Source: Octopus vulgaris (lineage: Eukaryota). From it: a stretch of 64,000 nucleotides of DNA. A program made the position numbers and the translations under genes. This document shows positions 51,931-64,000 of the stretch, in pieces (position 1 is the stretch's first letter; every line of letters begins with the position of its first letter). Location of the stretch: contig OX597823.1 of NCBI GenBank assembly GCA_951406725.2, positions 115,320,001 to 115,384,000 on the forward strand, read 5' to 3'. The notes under the pieces were generated by a model. The model worked only from the letters and a program-made list of their open reading frames with translations, was not told the origin of the DNA and searched no databases.

Positions 51931-54743
51931 TAAAAGTGTGTGTACCATGTGTGCGTGTAAATGTAAATAGGTAGGTATGAGTACACACACACACATGCAT
52001 ATATACATACACAAATACCATATAGACAGACACATACTATAAATACATAAGTAGAGAACAATATGCGTACACACACACACACACACACAGATCTGTGAGC
52101 ATACAGGTGCAAAACAAGGTGGAAGAAACAGTACTCAAATACCAAACCCAGCGTAGAGTATAATACTTTACTGATGGTCAAAACTTCACAAAACTTTACT
52201 CAAAGTTTAACGGAAGTGACCATGAGTCAGAAGTGAACTTTTGAAACAATACAATGGTTTGTAAAGGTTTTACAAATGGTGCAGTGACTGACCAGCCATG
52301 CATTGAACCTAAATCTCCAAGTCAGTGAATAGGGGATGGTGATCTGGGTGTAGATAGGAAAGAAGGGAAAATCAAAGAGTTAGTGAGTTTAAAGAATACA
52401 GAGGTGGAGTGGGGAAGGTAGCCAATAGTGATAGTGACAGCAATGAAACTGAGAAAAATCATCTCAGAGATGGAAGATATGTAATGGAGAGAGAGGGATG
52501 AAAAGAGCTGACAGAGGAGATTGAGAGAGTTTAACCTTTTATTAGAGAAAGAATTGGTGCTGTTCATCATCAATATAGTGTTCATATAGCTCTGCAGCCA
52601 GTGAGCTGGGGAAGGTTTTGGGACTCAACATAATCAGCAAATAGATAAGTATATTGAGGCCTATTCTTGTGACAATGGCCACTTCAGGGACCTCTTGATA
52701 GATCTCACTATTGAAGGAGAAACATGTTTGGTTTGACTAAGCATATGAGATTGGAGACAGAAAGAGAAAAAGTGGCATGGAGATCAATGAAGTTATGAAG
52801 AGTGCACATGACCTCATTGTGAGGAATAACAGAATATAAAAAAGAAAGGGATGAAGCAATCCTGAAAGAAACTGAGAATGTGGTTAATGTTGTGAGTGTG
52901 GAAGCATTGATGACAATAATTGTCATGGCATGAAGGACAGTAGAGGATATTTTGGCTGGGGTAATGTTAGTGCCTCGGGAGTGCTTCTGAAAGTCAAAGC
53001 ATAATGCACAGCAGCAAAGCTTCTGAGAACACATCTAAGGTGAGATGCTGAAGTGGTCAGGGTCCAACATGCAGTGTAATGGTGATCAGCTCAGGTCTAT
53101 GAAATGATCAAGGTAATTTGATGCAGGAGTTGCCATAAAAAAAAGGGTAGTTTTGTACAGCGTAAAAATAATGCAGCTACAGTCAGATGTGAAACTCATC
53201 GTAGAGAGGCATTAATAGTACAGAAAGCTCCTATGAAGCATTTGGCTTTAGAGAGAGATAAGCCTGGACAAAGGATGATAATGGCAAATGATATGCAGAA
53301 GATGGTATAGATGGGAGTCAAGAGGTGAATGGAATGGGTGGAGGCAGAATGAGAGGGTGCTGAGTGAGCATGGGTGGTCGTGAATGCAAGATTGAGGTGG
53401 CAGCAAAGGAAGAGTGGTAGGATGAGAAAAAGAAGGAGAAGTATGAGAAGGGAAGGAGGAGAAAGAAGGGTAGGGTCCAAATGGATAGGTAATGGGGATA
53501 TGGAATGGAGGTAGTAACAGCTGGAAGGGTATGATGAAGGAATGAGTGAAGTTTGCAAATTTTAACAGAGGTGAGGAAATAGAAAAGCAGATAATTAATA
53601 TGGTGGATAATACATAAAATGGAAAAAGCAAGGAAGTGGGTGGGGGTGGGGGCTGGGAAAGGCCCTGGTCAAGGATGCAGAAATGAGAGAGAATAGAATG
53701 AAGGTTGACAAATGTAACGAAAATGGGAAAATATGGAAAGGATGGGTAAAGTATGTAGCAGTAATGACAGTGGAGCTGGAACCATGGGAGATGAGGCAAA
53801 GGTGAAATGGCTGGAATAACATGTCTTGAAGGAGAGGAGATGAGGGAAGCAGAAGAATAGTTTGAAGAAGAAAGTGGAGAGAGGTGAAAGAGTGTTTGAG
53901 GATGGAATGCAGCAGGCATAAAAAGGTTTAGAGATTGAGTATATTAGGGAAGAAAGAGGTGAAGAAGAGAAGGGAAAAGAGAAAACATTTTTTAAAAAAA
54001 GTTTAAAAAAAGCTAAAAAATGGAGAATAAGGAAAATGGGAGTAAAGAAAGGAAGAGAAAGAAAATGGAAAGAGATATAGAAGGAAAATGAAACAGTCAA
54101 AAAGTAGAGAAATGTCAAAGATGGTTGCAGGATATTGGTGCAATGCAAAGGGATATTGAATGTAATTCAGGTGGTAATCCATGACCGGGTCCCAGTGTGG
54201 AGAAGAGAATCGGAATTCCAAGATTCAATCCAGAGTAATTCTGTCTAAGCATTGATTACATTATGTTAAGTCAATAGCAGTTTCACAAAAAAGCAGCACA
54301 GAGAAAAAAAATGAGAGGAAATTAGAAAATTCCAAAATTAACAGGGGAAAAGTTAAATACTAAAACCAGGAAGACTGTTAGGCCCATCTGATAAGGATGT
54401 TACAGGTACTTAGGAACAGATAAAAATATTTCCTGTGATGGAACTTGTAACAAGGAGTGTGTAATCAGTGAACATCACACCAGGGTAAAGAAAATATGCA
54501 CATAGGAATTTTATGCATGCAATGACTCACTAGCCTACAAATGTGTTTGTTGTACCAGTGTTCATATTAACAAGAAGGATACTCAATCGGATGCTATATG
54601 AGACCAGGGCTTGTGATGTGAGAACCTGGAAATTATTAACCAATACCAGGAATTTCCACATTAAGTGATGGGAATAAAATTTACTTAAGATGAGCAAAAG
54701 GTCACAGAAGCTTAACATTGACCCAAACAGCAGCTGAATGATG

Positions 54744-55152
54744 CATCATCATCATCGTTTAATGTCCGTTTTCCGTACTAGCATGTGTTGGACGGTTTGA
54801 CCGGGGTCTGGGAAGCCAGGAGGCTTCACCAAGCTCTAGTCTGATCTAGCAGTGTTTCTACAGCTGGATGCCCTTCCTAATGCCAACCACTCCATGAGTG
54901 AAGTGGGTGTTTTTTACATGCCACCAGCCACGATCGGTTGGTGCTTTTTACATGCCACCAGCACAGAAGCCAGTCAAGGCGGTGCTGGCATCGGCCACGT
55001 TCGGATGGTGTTTTTACATGCCACCAGCACAGGTATTACAACTACAATTTCCATTTGATATCTATTTTGATGCTGATGTACTTGACTCAATAGGTCTCCT
55101 CAAGCACAGCAGGTCACGTGCCACCGGCACAGAAGCCAGTCAAGGTGCTGGC
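54744..55152 (-). mobile_element. Retroposon family B
   Basis: Collinear with 41678-42020. Confidence 0.85.
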
Positions 55153-56328
55153 ATATTTATTTGACAAGTATTCTTTAGTTTCTGTTAAATCTACTCATAA
55201 GGCTTTAGTTGACCCAGGGCTAGAGTTGAAGAAGCTTGCTCAAGATGCTGTTCATCATACTGAATCTCAAACCATGTTCTTTGGAAATGAAGGCCTTAAC
55301 CATATACCCAGGTGTGTACATATGTATGTGTGTGTATATATATAAATATATACATACAAATTTAAGAAAAGAACAAAAAAAAAAACAGGACAAAACAACA
55401 AAAGTCAATTGGACACAATGAGTGTATTAGACCGAAGGTTAGTGTAAGTTTCTGATGGAAAAAAATAAGTGGAAAAAACGTTTTTAGCATGACACTTTGT
55501 CAAACAGAGGAAAATGTCCAGAGAAGAGAAAAAGGAGGAAGGAGCTGACAGTCCTGATGAAAGCATGTGGCCAAAAAATAACTGATCAGAAGTTGGAGAG
55601 AGATAGAAAATGTGGGTTTTTAAAGCAGGAGAGAGCATAATCAGTCACTGTGTGTGTGTGTGTGTGTGCGTACACATACACACAAATATATACATTTGTA
55701 TATAGATGTGGTTTTCTTTGCACTGCCCAGCGTAAGTTAGAGAAAACTGATATAAAAATAAGATCAGGAAATTAGAACCAGTCAAAAAAGCGATCAGTCA
55801 GGAGACCAGAAAAGTGCCACCTGAAACATTTCCTAAGAAGGAAGAGGAGAGACAGGTTAATGATATAGAGAAAAACAGTCATTTCTAAGACCACATACCA
55901 AATATGTAGTAGAAGTAATTCCTCAGACAAAAGATGACAGCATGGTATTGCAAATAGGGCTATAAAAAGTATAAGTGCCATCTTATATCACAACCATCAA
56001 CTACCCATCAATCCACACTTGGTTGTAACTCCCTCTATATCTACTCCAACCTATCTCTGATCTGCTCATTGTCACTGAGCACCCTTTCTTCTTACAGCTC
56101 CTACTTAACATCATCTCCCTATTTCTCTTCTATACAGATTTCTTACAATGCTGCTTCCCACCCCCACCTATTTTTTTACAGCTACTCAACATCTCATCAC
56201 TGACCCACTCTTATTTACTTCATCTTCCCCCCAAACTGACATTCACGACTGATGAAACCCTATCCCCTATTTATCATTGACTGCATTCCCTACATCTAAT
56301 ATATGTATACATGCAGGCACAAACATGC

Positions 56329-56370
<42 letters not shown>

Positions 56371-56481
56371 GCTGAAATAGCATATGACTCTCTGGCCAAT
56401 AATTGATGAAGAATTGGAGACCTGTGTTTTCTGTCCGTCTGTGTATTTAGTATATGTTCAATAATCCTGAATATATATATA

Positions 56482-56872
56482 CTAGCAGTATCGCCTGGCG
56501 TTGCTTGGATTTGTTTTGACCCTTTAGAATTGGAATTTTTGAAAAGTAAAAATTTTGCATTGTGTAGCTTGTTATACTCTTTAAGTGAACATTTTTCTGG
56601 TTGAAATACACCGAAAAATGGCGACACAACAGTAAAAAAATCATAAAAAATAGGGATTTTTATAGAGAAAAAGTACCTTTTTGATGTAAATAATTTTTAG
56701 TCTTAACATTGTCCAATTTGAATTTTATCTTCTATCAAATGAAGAGCAAGCCTTCTTCTATCATACTCTCAATTTTGGTCAACTTGCGCTGCAGGGTCTA
56801 GGAGGAGATAGTGTTAGTTGAAGGCTAATAAACCTGCCATACACAGACAAATACAGCTTTTTATATATATAT
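56482..56872 (-). mobile_element. Non-autonomous Helitron
   Basis: A|CTAGCAGTATCGCCTGGCGTTGCTTGG 3' end; ...CTTTTATATATA at the other end. Confidence 0.7.
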
Positions 56873-57849
56873 ATATATATATATTTTTATTTACATAGAT
56901 ACATATACATATATCATCATCATCATTGTTTAACATCTGCCTTCCATGCTAGCATGGGTTGGACGGTTTGACAGGAGCTGGCTAAGCAGGAGACTGTACT
57001 AGACTTTTGTGTCTGTTTTGGCAGGGTTTTTATGGCTGAATGTTCTTCCTAACACCAGTCACCCAATAGAATATGTATTTAAAACAGTTTGATTCAGTTC
57101 CATGCAACTTAAACGTTTCACAGGCCTCCTATAGAAGCCCTTCGCTTTCAGGCTTTGGATTGCCACATGGAGAAAGACAAGAAGTCCAATGCAGCTACTG
57201 GAAAATAGGCTGTAATTGGTCAAGGTGGGTCACATGGTGTGTTGTCAAAGTAATATCAATTGCTCAGCAACCTGAGTTCCTTAAGTTCCTTAAGAAAAGG
57301 GAATTTCCTTGATTGCATGGCTACAAAGGAAACTGGTGACACCAAAAGTTTTGGTGTGGCAGACGAAAGACATATGAGTGTGTGTGTGTGTATGAACATA
57401 TATATGTGAAATATATAAAGGTATAGATGTGGGTGCGTTATTGGTTGTATAGGTGTGCATATGTGTATGTATGCATGTGAGTGAGCACATGTTGATGCAT
57501 GCACATTAGTACATGCACAAATGCATTTACAATGTATGTAAGGGTATGTGTACATAAGTATGTACATTCTTGCATGTGTGCAAACATGAGTGCAAATGTG
57601 TGTGTGTGTGTGTGTAGACAGAAAGGGCATATGCATGTGTGAATATGTGTGTGTGTGTGTGTATATATTTTCATGCTCCAATAATACACTAATTGGACAA
57701 GCTTGTATAGCAAGCCATGTATTATCCTGCAATTTTTCAAGCCCAACATAAACAGTTATTCTCTGAGAAAAAGCAATAAAGGATGAGAAAAAAAGATGCA
57801 AAACTGAAAACAAAAGAAAACTTAGAAGGAAAGAAGATACGAGTTGCGT

Positions 57850-58900
57850 CCCTTTGGCCTGACAGTATGGTAATTATCAATTGTTGGTGAGGCTAATTTG
57901 ACAGGGAAACATCAAAGTATGTAAGATTGTATACCTAATCTGGAAAGGGTGGTGTTCTCCAGTTTGGGAGTAGAAACTTATTAAGATGCTTGCATTTTGT
58001 GAAAATTTCCAGTCTCAAGTTTAGTAGATTGATGGAGTTCCTAGATTTAAAAAAGAAAGAAAGTTCTTTCAGCTATACAATACCTACACCCTCTTTGACC
58101 AATTGACATATGATGTGAATTGCCCAATAAGGATACACTTGATAGGGGAAGGGGCTTCATGTCCAAAATTTGGTTTTCTTCTTGTCTGTGCCAGAAAGAA
58201 GACTGGTGGTTGGAATATATTTTTTAACTCACTTTCACATAGTCCAACTATTTTTCCTTATTCAGTTTTGTTATTTGGTAGAACTGAGGGGACCTTAGTT
58301 TCATATACAACTGAGCCAATCATGCATGCCTAGACAAGTAGGAAGGCAGCAGGGTTTCTGAAGTTACATTTTAGTGTTGGTGTAACCTACATGGAATAAA
58401 GCTTTGCGTGTTGAAGCACTAATTGTAAGAAACATTCACAGAATGTCTATTAAGAATTTTCACATACCTATGGCTATCCAGAAATGCTTGTCTATCAGCA
58501 CTAAGAATTTTCTACCTATGTTTTTCTTAACATTCAAGGAGAAAGATGTGTGTCTGCGTGAGTAGGGTGGGGGGGAGCAACCATATAATATTCTTGAGTC
58601 TATTCGTAAAACAGTCAATCTTGTTCAGATCTTTTGACCCACACTAAACATTTAGTAAAGGAGAGGATATCTTTGTACATGCATGATAAAGTCAAGGTCT
58701 GTGTGGCCAATGACGACATGTTTTCTAGTGAACTCAACTGCCTTATCCCGCATGGAGTTCTCATTATCAAGGGATCTACAATATCGAATCATGTGAATCA
58801 AGCTGTATTCAGTCATTTATATCATTAAGCTAGTCTATGAGTGTTGTTATTTGCCCATTACTGTAATTTAATAACCTTATTCATTTGATTATTATTATGA
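57850..58900 (-). mobile_element. Decayed Penelope-like RT fragment
   Basis: Minus strand FDIVD..., DKAVEFTRKHVVIGHTDLDFIMH, LNRHSVNVSY; same type as 50090-51420. Confidence 0.55.
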
Positions 58901-59159
58901 CTTAGTTTGATTTTCTTAGTTTTTGTTTTAAAATTTTTTTATATTCTAAGCCAATTTCAGTTCTAGTCTACAAGTGGGCTTATTTCTAAAGTTGGGTTTG
59001 TGATCTTTAAAGTTATGAAGATTTCTTTTTAGTTAAGCATTCTAACCTATCATCAAACTTTATTTTGTTTAACAAAGAGTTTGTACTCATCATTAATTAT
59101 ACACACTATATATATATATATATATATATATACATACACACACACACACACACATATAT

Positions 59160-60660
59160 ATTACGCTAGCCCCAACCCTAGGGGAAGAAGCAAGGGGGTT
59201 GGACACCCAAGCTAGTAATTCAGTTCTGTAAAAATTAAGAATCATTAGAGAAGCAGCAGCAAAGATTCCCAAGAATGGACAACACGAGGAGGAAGGTAGT
59301 GGAGAAACACCATTTATGGTGGACCCTAATGTAAGCTGAAAGGAAGTTAGGGCCCCACAAAAGCCTGATTTTGAATACCAAAGCCACAGCAAAGATCAGA
59401 ACTCAGAATTTACAAACACTGTACTAAACTGGAAGACTGGGCCAACTTTGGAGAGAATTTGATGGATAGCAGTTGGACATCTTAGTCATTAGTGAAATAA
59501 AGTGGACAAGAAGTGGAGAGACTCATGTATTACAGTGATGAAGACCAGCACATGCACAGAGTGGGCATGGTGCTTAGCAAAGAAGCACCAAGTGGAAACC
59601 AGTGAGTGAGTGAATCACCACCATTGTGATGGCCTCTGATGATGCAACCAAAGATGCTTTCTGTAGGCGGCTTCAAGACACATTCAATGAAATCTTCAGT
59701 TACAATGTCAAGCTGCTGATCGGTGACATGAGTGTGCAATTCCCCAACAACAGCAAGGAACTGAAATGTATCAGAGGAACTGCAAGGAATCTACAATATC
59801 AGCAAGGAACTGAAATGTATCATCTGCCTGTGCACAAAGAAATGCTGACAAATATGAATGACTGGCTTTTCTATAATATCGATAGCCTGAACATCAGCAA
59901 CACCTTTTCCCCAACATAAGTGGATCCACGAGTCAACTTGAACCCTGGTCAAGGAAAGAAAAAAAAAAAAGCAAAGGGTGAAAGAGACAAAACAAAAACA
60001 GAAGAGAAGGAAAGAACAGATACTGCCAACTGGGAACAGGATCAGCCAGTCAAAAGGTGCAGTTGCGGAGACAAGTGCAAGAAGCAGGAGGTAAAAGAAG
60101 TAGCCAGAGAAAAATGATGCAAAGACTCTGCTTTCATTTGCTTCTGTACAATGTGGTACAAAGAGCAATGCAAATATTCCAGTAAAAGGCAAGAATGGTA
60201 AAATCTTGGCAGTGGATGGGGGAGCAACACTAGAAATGGATGCAACATTTTCAGGAAACACTCAATCAGTCAGCCCCAACTATGTCTGGTTTCACCTTGA
60301 AACCATTGACTACACCTCTTTAAATGTGATGGCAAAATTGAGGAAAAGGAAATGAGAGATGCTATCAAAGCCAGGAAAAACAAGACTGTAGGACCAGAAG
60401 AGATCTCTACAAAGTTGTGGCAGCATGGTAGGGGCATTATGATGGTGGAATTGACAACATTAGTGAATCACTGTTAGCAGGAAGCATGGGGCCATCAAGA
60501 TTGGTAGCAAGCGGTGAGTGTGAAATTACAGAAGAGAAATGTAGCAGACTATATATAACTAATAAAGAGGTATCACACTACTGTTGATCCTGGGTTGAAG
60601 GAGTTTTACAAAGTGCAGCTGAGAAGACTATGACAAGCACTGGATTTTCAGAAGATGATG
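59160..60660 (+). mobile_element. Decayed RTE-like LINE (APE endonuclease to start of RT)
   Basis: DILVISEIKWTRSG, DATKDAFCRRLQ...LLIGDMS, K..GPEEISTKLWQHG; many indels. Confidence 0.7.
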
Positions 60661-61081
60661 GGTAATGATACATATTAAGCATACATTGAGTATGCTTAAT
60701 ATATTTAACAGAAAACCATAATAATAATAATATAACATTTATTGACATAATAAATTATTTAGCCATATAAGTGCCATTAAGCATTTAATGTACACAGTAT
60801 AAAGATATGAACTATTAAAAGTTTCATGCATTGGAGGCACAATCATGCAATATAAAAAAACCTATCTAGAACTGCATTTTCAAGGCTTATATCTTTATAC
60901 TATGTACATTAAATAATGTGCGTGTAAACATAAATATACATATATGTGTGTGTGCAAATATATATATACATTTATACACACACACACTTGAAGGCTAAAA
61001 TGGTAGCCACACTTTATGACCAGCAGGGATATATATATACATATATATATACACACACAGAAAAAATAACTATAATAATAT

Positions 61082-61530
61082 ATCCTCATTTAATGTCTGC
61101 TTTCCATGCTGGTATGGGCTGGCCGGTTTGACTGAGGACTGGCAAGCCAGATGGCTGCACTAGGCTCCAATCTGATCTGGCAGAGTTTCTACAGCTGGAT
61201 GCCCTTCCTAATGCCAACCGCTCCAAGAGTGTAGAGGGTGCTTTTACGTGCCAGTCAGGTGGTACTGGCAATGGCCATGCTCAAATGGTGTTTTTTACAT
61301 GCCACCTGCACAGGAGCCAGACCAGCAGTATTGGCAACAACCTCGCTCAATGTTGTTTTGCACAAGTGCCAGTGAGGCGATGCTGGTAACGATCACACTC
61401 GAATGGTGCTTTTTATGTGTCACTGGCACAGGAGCTAGTCAGCAGCCCTGGTAACGATCACGCTTGGATGGTGCTCTTAGTGCTCCACTAGCACGGATGC
61501 CAGTCATGCGGTACTGTCATCTGATTTGAT
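61082..61530 (-). mobile_element. Retroposon family B with expanded internal repeat
   Basis: Same tail; several GGTGYTTTT.ACRTGCCA units. Confidence 0.82.
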
Positions 61531-61649
61531 ATCATAATAATATATATATTCTGATTTAAAGCGACATTTATATATAAATTGACTGAAAAATGATGAGCTG
61601 ACCCTAGCCAGAATCGGACCCACATAGCAACGCTTCTTGCTTGCTTATA

Positions 61650-61691
<42 letters not shown>

Positions 61692-61769
61692 CACGTTTAC
61701 TATGGACTTCCGCTAATGCATGCTCAATGATATACAGTAACTGGCCAGAGTCAGATGCAGCATACCTAC

Positions 61770-62215
61770 ACATACATGTCCCAACATATTTCTATTCTCA
61801 TGACTTTCAGAAAGAAATGGATATTTTTTTATTGAAATTTTCAACAAATAGGCTTCAGATGGTGTAGATTCTGATTATACTGGAATTTCTTGTAAAATAC
61901 ATTTCGCCCTGCAAAAAAATGTGATATGTGTCAGTTATGTATTTTTAAATTCTGATATTTTATTCTACACACTCTGAATGGTATTTGTCAAAATTTGCAT
62001 TCAAAGTACCCATTATTCTGAAAGTTATGAGGAAACAAAGTTATCTGTGAGTTTTCTGAAACTCCTCTCCCCACTGTCCTGAAACAAATACTTTTTCACA
62101 ACTTGGATATAATTGGAACCCACACCATCTGAAGCATATTTGTAAAAACTTTCATTTAAAACTTTGTTTTTCTGGAAGTTATAAGGAAACAAAATCAGTG
62201 GGGCACATTTGTGTA
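61770..62215. mobile_element. MITE-like element with long imperfect inverted repeats
   Basis: ACAAATAGGCTTCAGATGGTGT (~61845-61865) versus ACACCATCTGAAGCATATTTGT (~62122-62143). Confidence 0.55.
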
Positions 62216-62796
62216 TGTATGCCCATTGCTTTAACATAAGTAATACTAAGATTATATTGTCATTCTATATCTACATATCAGCTACTTTCACTTTACTTTC
62301 ATTTTCTGTGTATCAAGATATAATTAGATAACTGCATGTTATATATAAACAAAAAATATACATCTTTTGTTCAATTTGCATCAAAAGGGTGTCAATGATA
62401 TGAATAAGATTGACCCAATTTTTCACTACAAATGCAAATAGGATGACAATATTTATGATGACATTGTGTTTAGTAAGAAATACTAACTGTATTAAAAATG
62501 TATTGTAGCGTGAGTGTGTGTGGATGTATTAAAATTTATTGGCAATATTTACATAGTAATTTCTCATTGCTTTATAAATGCCAGTTCTTTTAACATAATT
62601 GCAATTCATCTTATTGCTTTACTTTACATTTTCCATTATTGATGTTTGCGCACCATTCAAGTCGCATGTTTTACCAACATTCTTCCTACATGCATGGCAT
62701 ATGTATGCTTACACACAGACACTATAGGACATAATAAAATCAAACCAATGTAAAGCATTCTATACACACACAAACACCTCAATATGTATAATACGA

Positions 62797-62830
<34 letters not shown>

Positions 62831-62850
62831 GCATACACATTATATATATA

Positions 62851-62900
<50 letters not shown>

Positions 62901-62914
62901 TATACATTATATAT

Positions 62915-63094
62915 ATCATCATCATCATCATCGTTTAACGTCCGCTTTCTATGCTAGCATGGGTTGGACGGTCCAACTGGGGTCTGGGGAGCCCGAAGGC
63001 TGCACCAGGCCAGTCAGATCTGTTTCTACAGCTGGATGCCCTTCCTAACGCCAACCACTCCGAGAGTGTAGTGGGTGATTTTATGTGCCACTGC
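62915..63094 (-). mobile_element. Retroposon family B, 5'-truncated
   Basis: Same tail; flanked by a long direct repeat. Confidence 0.85.
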
Positions 63095-63114
63095 CACAAA
63101 CACCTCAATATGTA

Positions 63115-63150
63115 TAATATATATATATATACATACACATTATATATATA

Positions 63151-63182
<32 letters not shown>

Positions 63183-63668
63183 CATATATATATACATATA
63201 TATACATATACATATATATACATATATATATATACATACATATACATATATATATACATATACATATATATACATATATATATATACATATACATATATA
63301 TATACATACATATACATATATATATATATACATATATATACATATATATATACATATATACATATATATATACATATACATATATATACATATATATATA
63401 CATATATATACATATACATACATATATATACATATATATATATACATACATATATATACATATACATACATATATATACATATACATACATATATATACA
63501 TATACATACATATATACATACATATATATACATATATATATACATACATATATATACATATACATATATATACATATATATACATATACATATATATACA
63601 TATATATACATACATATACATACATATATATACATATACATAAATATACATATATATACATATACATA
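63115..63668. repeat. Compound (TA)n/CATA microsatellite
   Basis: Direct inspection; source of the YIYI ORFs. Confidence 0.95.
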
Positions 63669-63670
63669 AA

Positions 63671-64000
63671 TGCCCTATCCATAAGGGAGGAAGCAGAGCA
63701 GATGCTAAAAATTATAGGCCTATCTCTCTGACCTCACACATCAGCAAAGTCATTGAACGAATAGTCCACAAGAAACTAATCATGTTCCTTGAAGAAAATG
63801 ACTTGCTGACTGACACCCAGCATGGATTTCGACCAGGTAGAAGCTGCCTAACACAGCTCCTGCAACACTATGACTGGGTGTTAAAACAGCTACTAAACGG
63901 CTCAAATGTGGATGTGATATATCTCGACTTTGCAAAAGCCTTTGATAAAGTCGACCACGGTATGATTTGTCACAAACTGCGTGGTCTCGGCATAGGCGGA
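63671..64000 (+). mobile_element. CR1/L2/Jockey-group LINE reverse transcriptase, 5'-truncated, open to the window end
   Basis: 110 open codons: [31 protein letters not shown]...QHGFRPGRSCLTQLL...VDVIYLDFAKAFDKVDH. Confidence 0.92.

Noticed and set aside
52330-54250. Purine-rich segment with minus-strand ORFs (similar tracts at ~3.0-3.8, 7.6-8.0 and 8.6-9.3 kb)
   Set aside because: Probably ancient retroelement debris, but I could not identify diagnostic motifs, so no call is made.
62935-63731. Long YI/YM/CI ORFs here and at ~29 kb, 32.5 kb and 35.2 kb
   Set aside because: (TA)n/(CA)n microsatellite artefacts.

Overview
This is AT-rich, microsatellite- and transposon-laden animal genomic DNA. 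The SINE, mariner and Penelope repertoire points to an octopus (coleoid cephalopod) genome; that assignment is an inference. The only host gene I can support is the 5' end of an ELAV/Hu-family neuronal RNA-binding protein gene on the minus strand. It has a clear RRM1-coding exon at 21735-21960. A likely coding first exon (27996-28034, MELSLLYDYYESQ) splices in frame to it, and several candidate non-coding 5' exons lie in a CpG-rich, TE-free block (~21.2-28.9 kb). I did not find the next ELAV exon (expected QSLGYGFVNY...), so the intron probably exceeds 21.7 kb. The rest of the window is tRNA-type SINEs, RTE-tailed short retroposons, decayed mariner/Tc1, Penelope-like, RTE and CR1-like elements, non-autonomous Helitrons, MITEs and (TA)n/(CA)n tracts; nearly all ORF-track entries are repeat artefacts. 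The most notable unannotated signals are four. (1) Penelope-type hammerhead ribozyme motifs, including a 204-bp palindrome carrying one on each strand. (2) A ~2.9-kb pyrimidine/UCAU-repeat array on the ELAV pre-mRNA just downstream of the RRM1 exon. (3) A complex multi-exon ELAV leader. (4) A short repeat-spacer array next to the ELAV promoter. All coordinates were read by eye, and TE boundaries are approximate.
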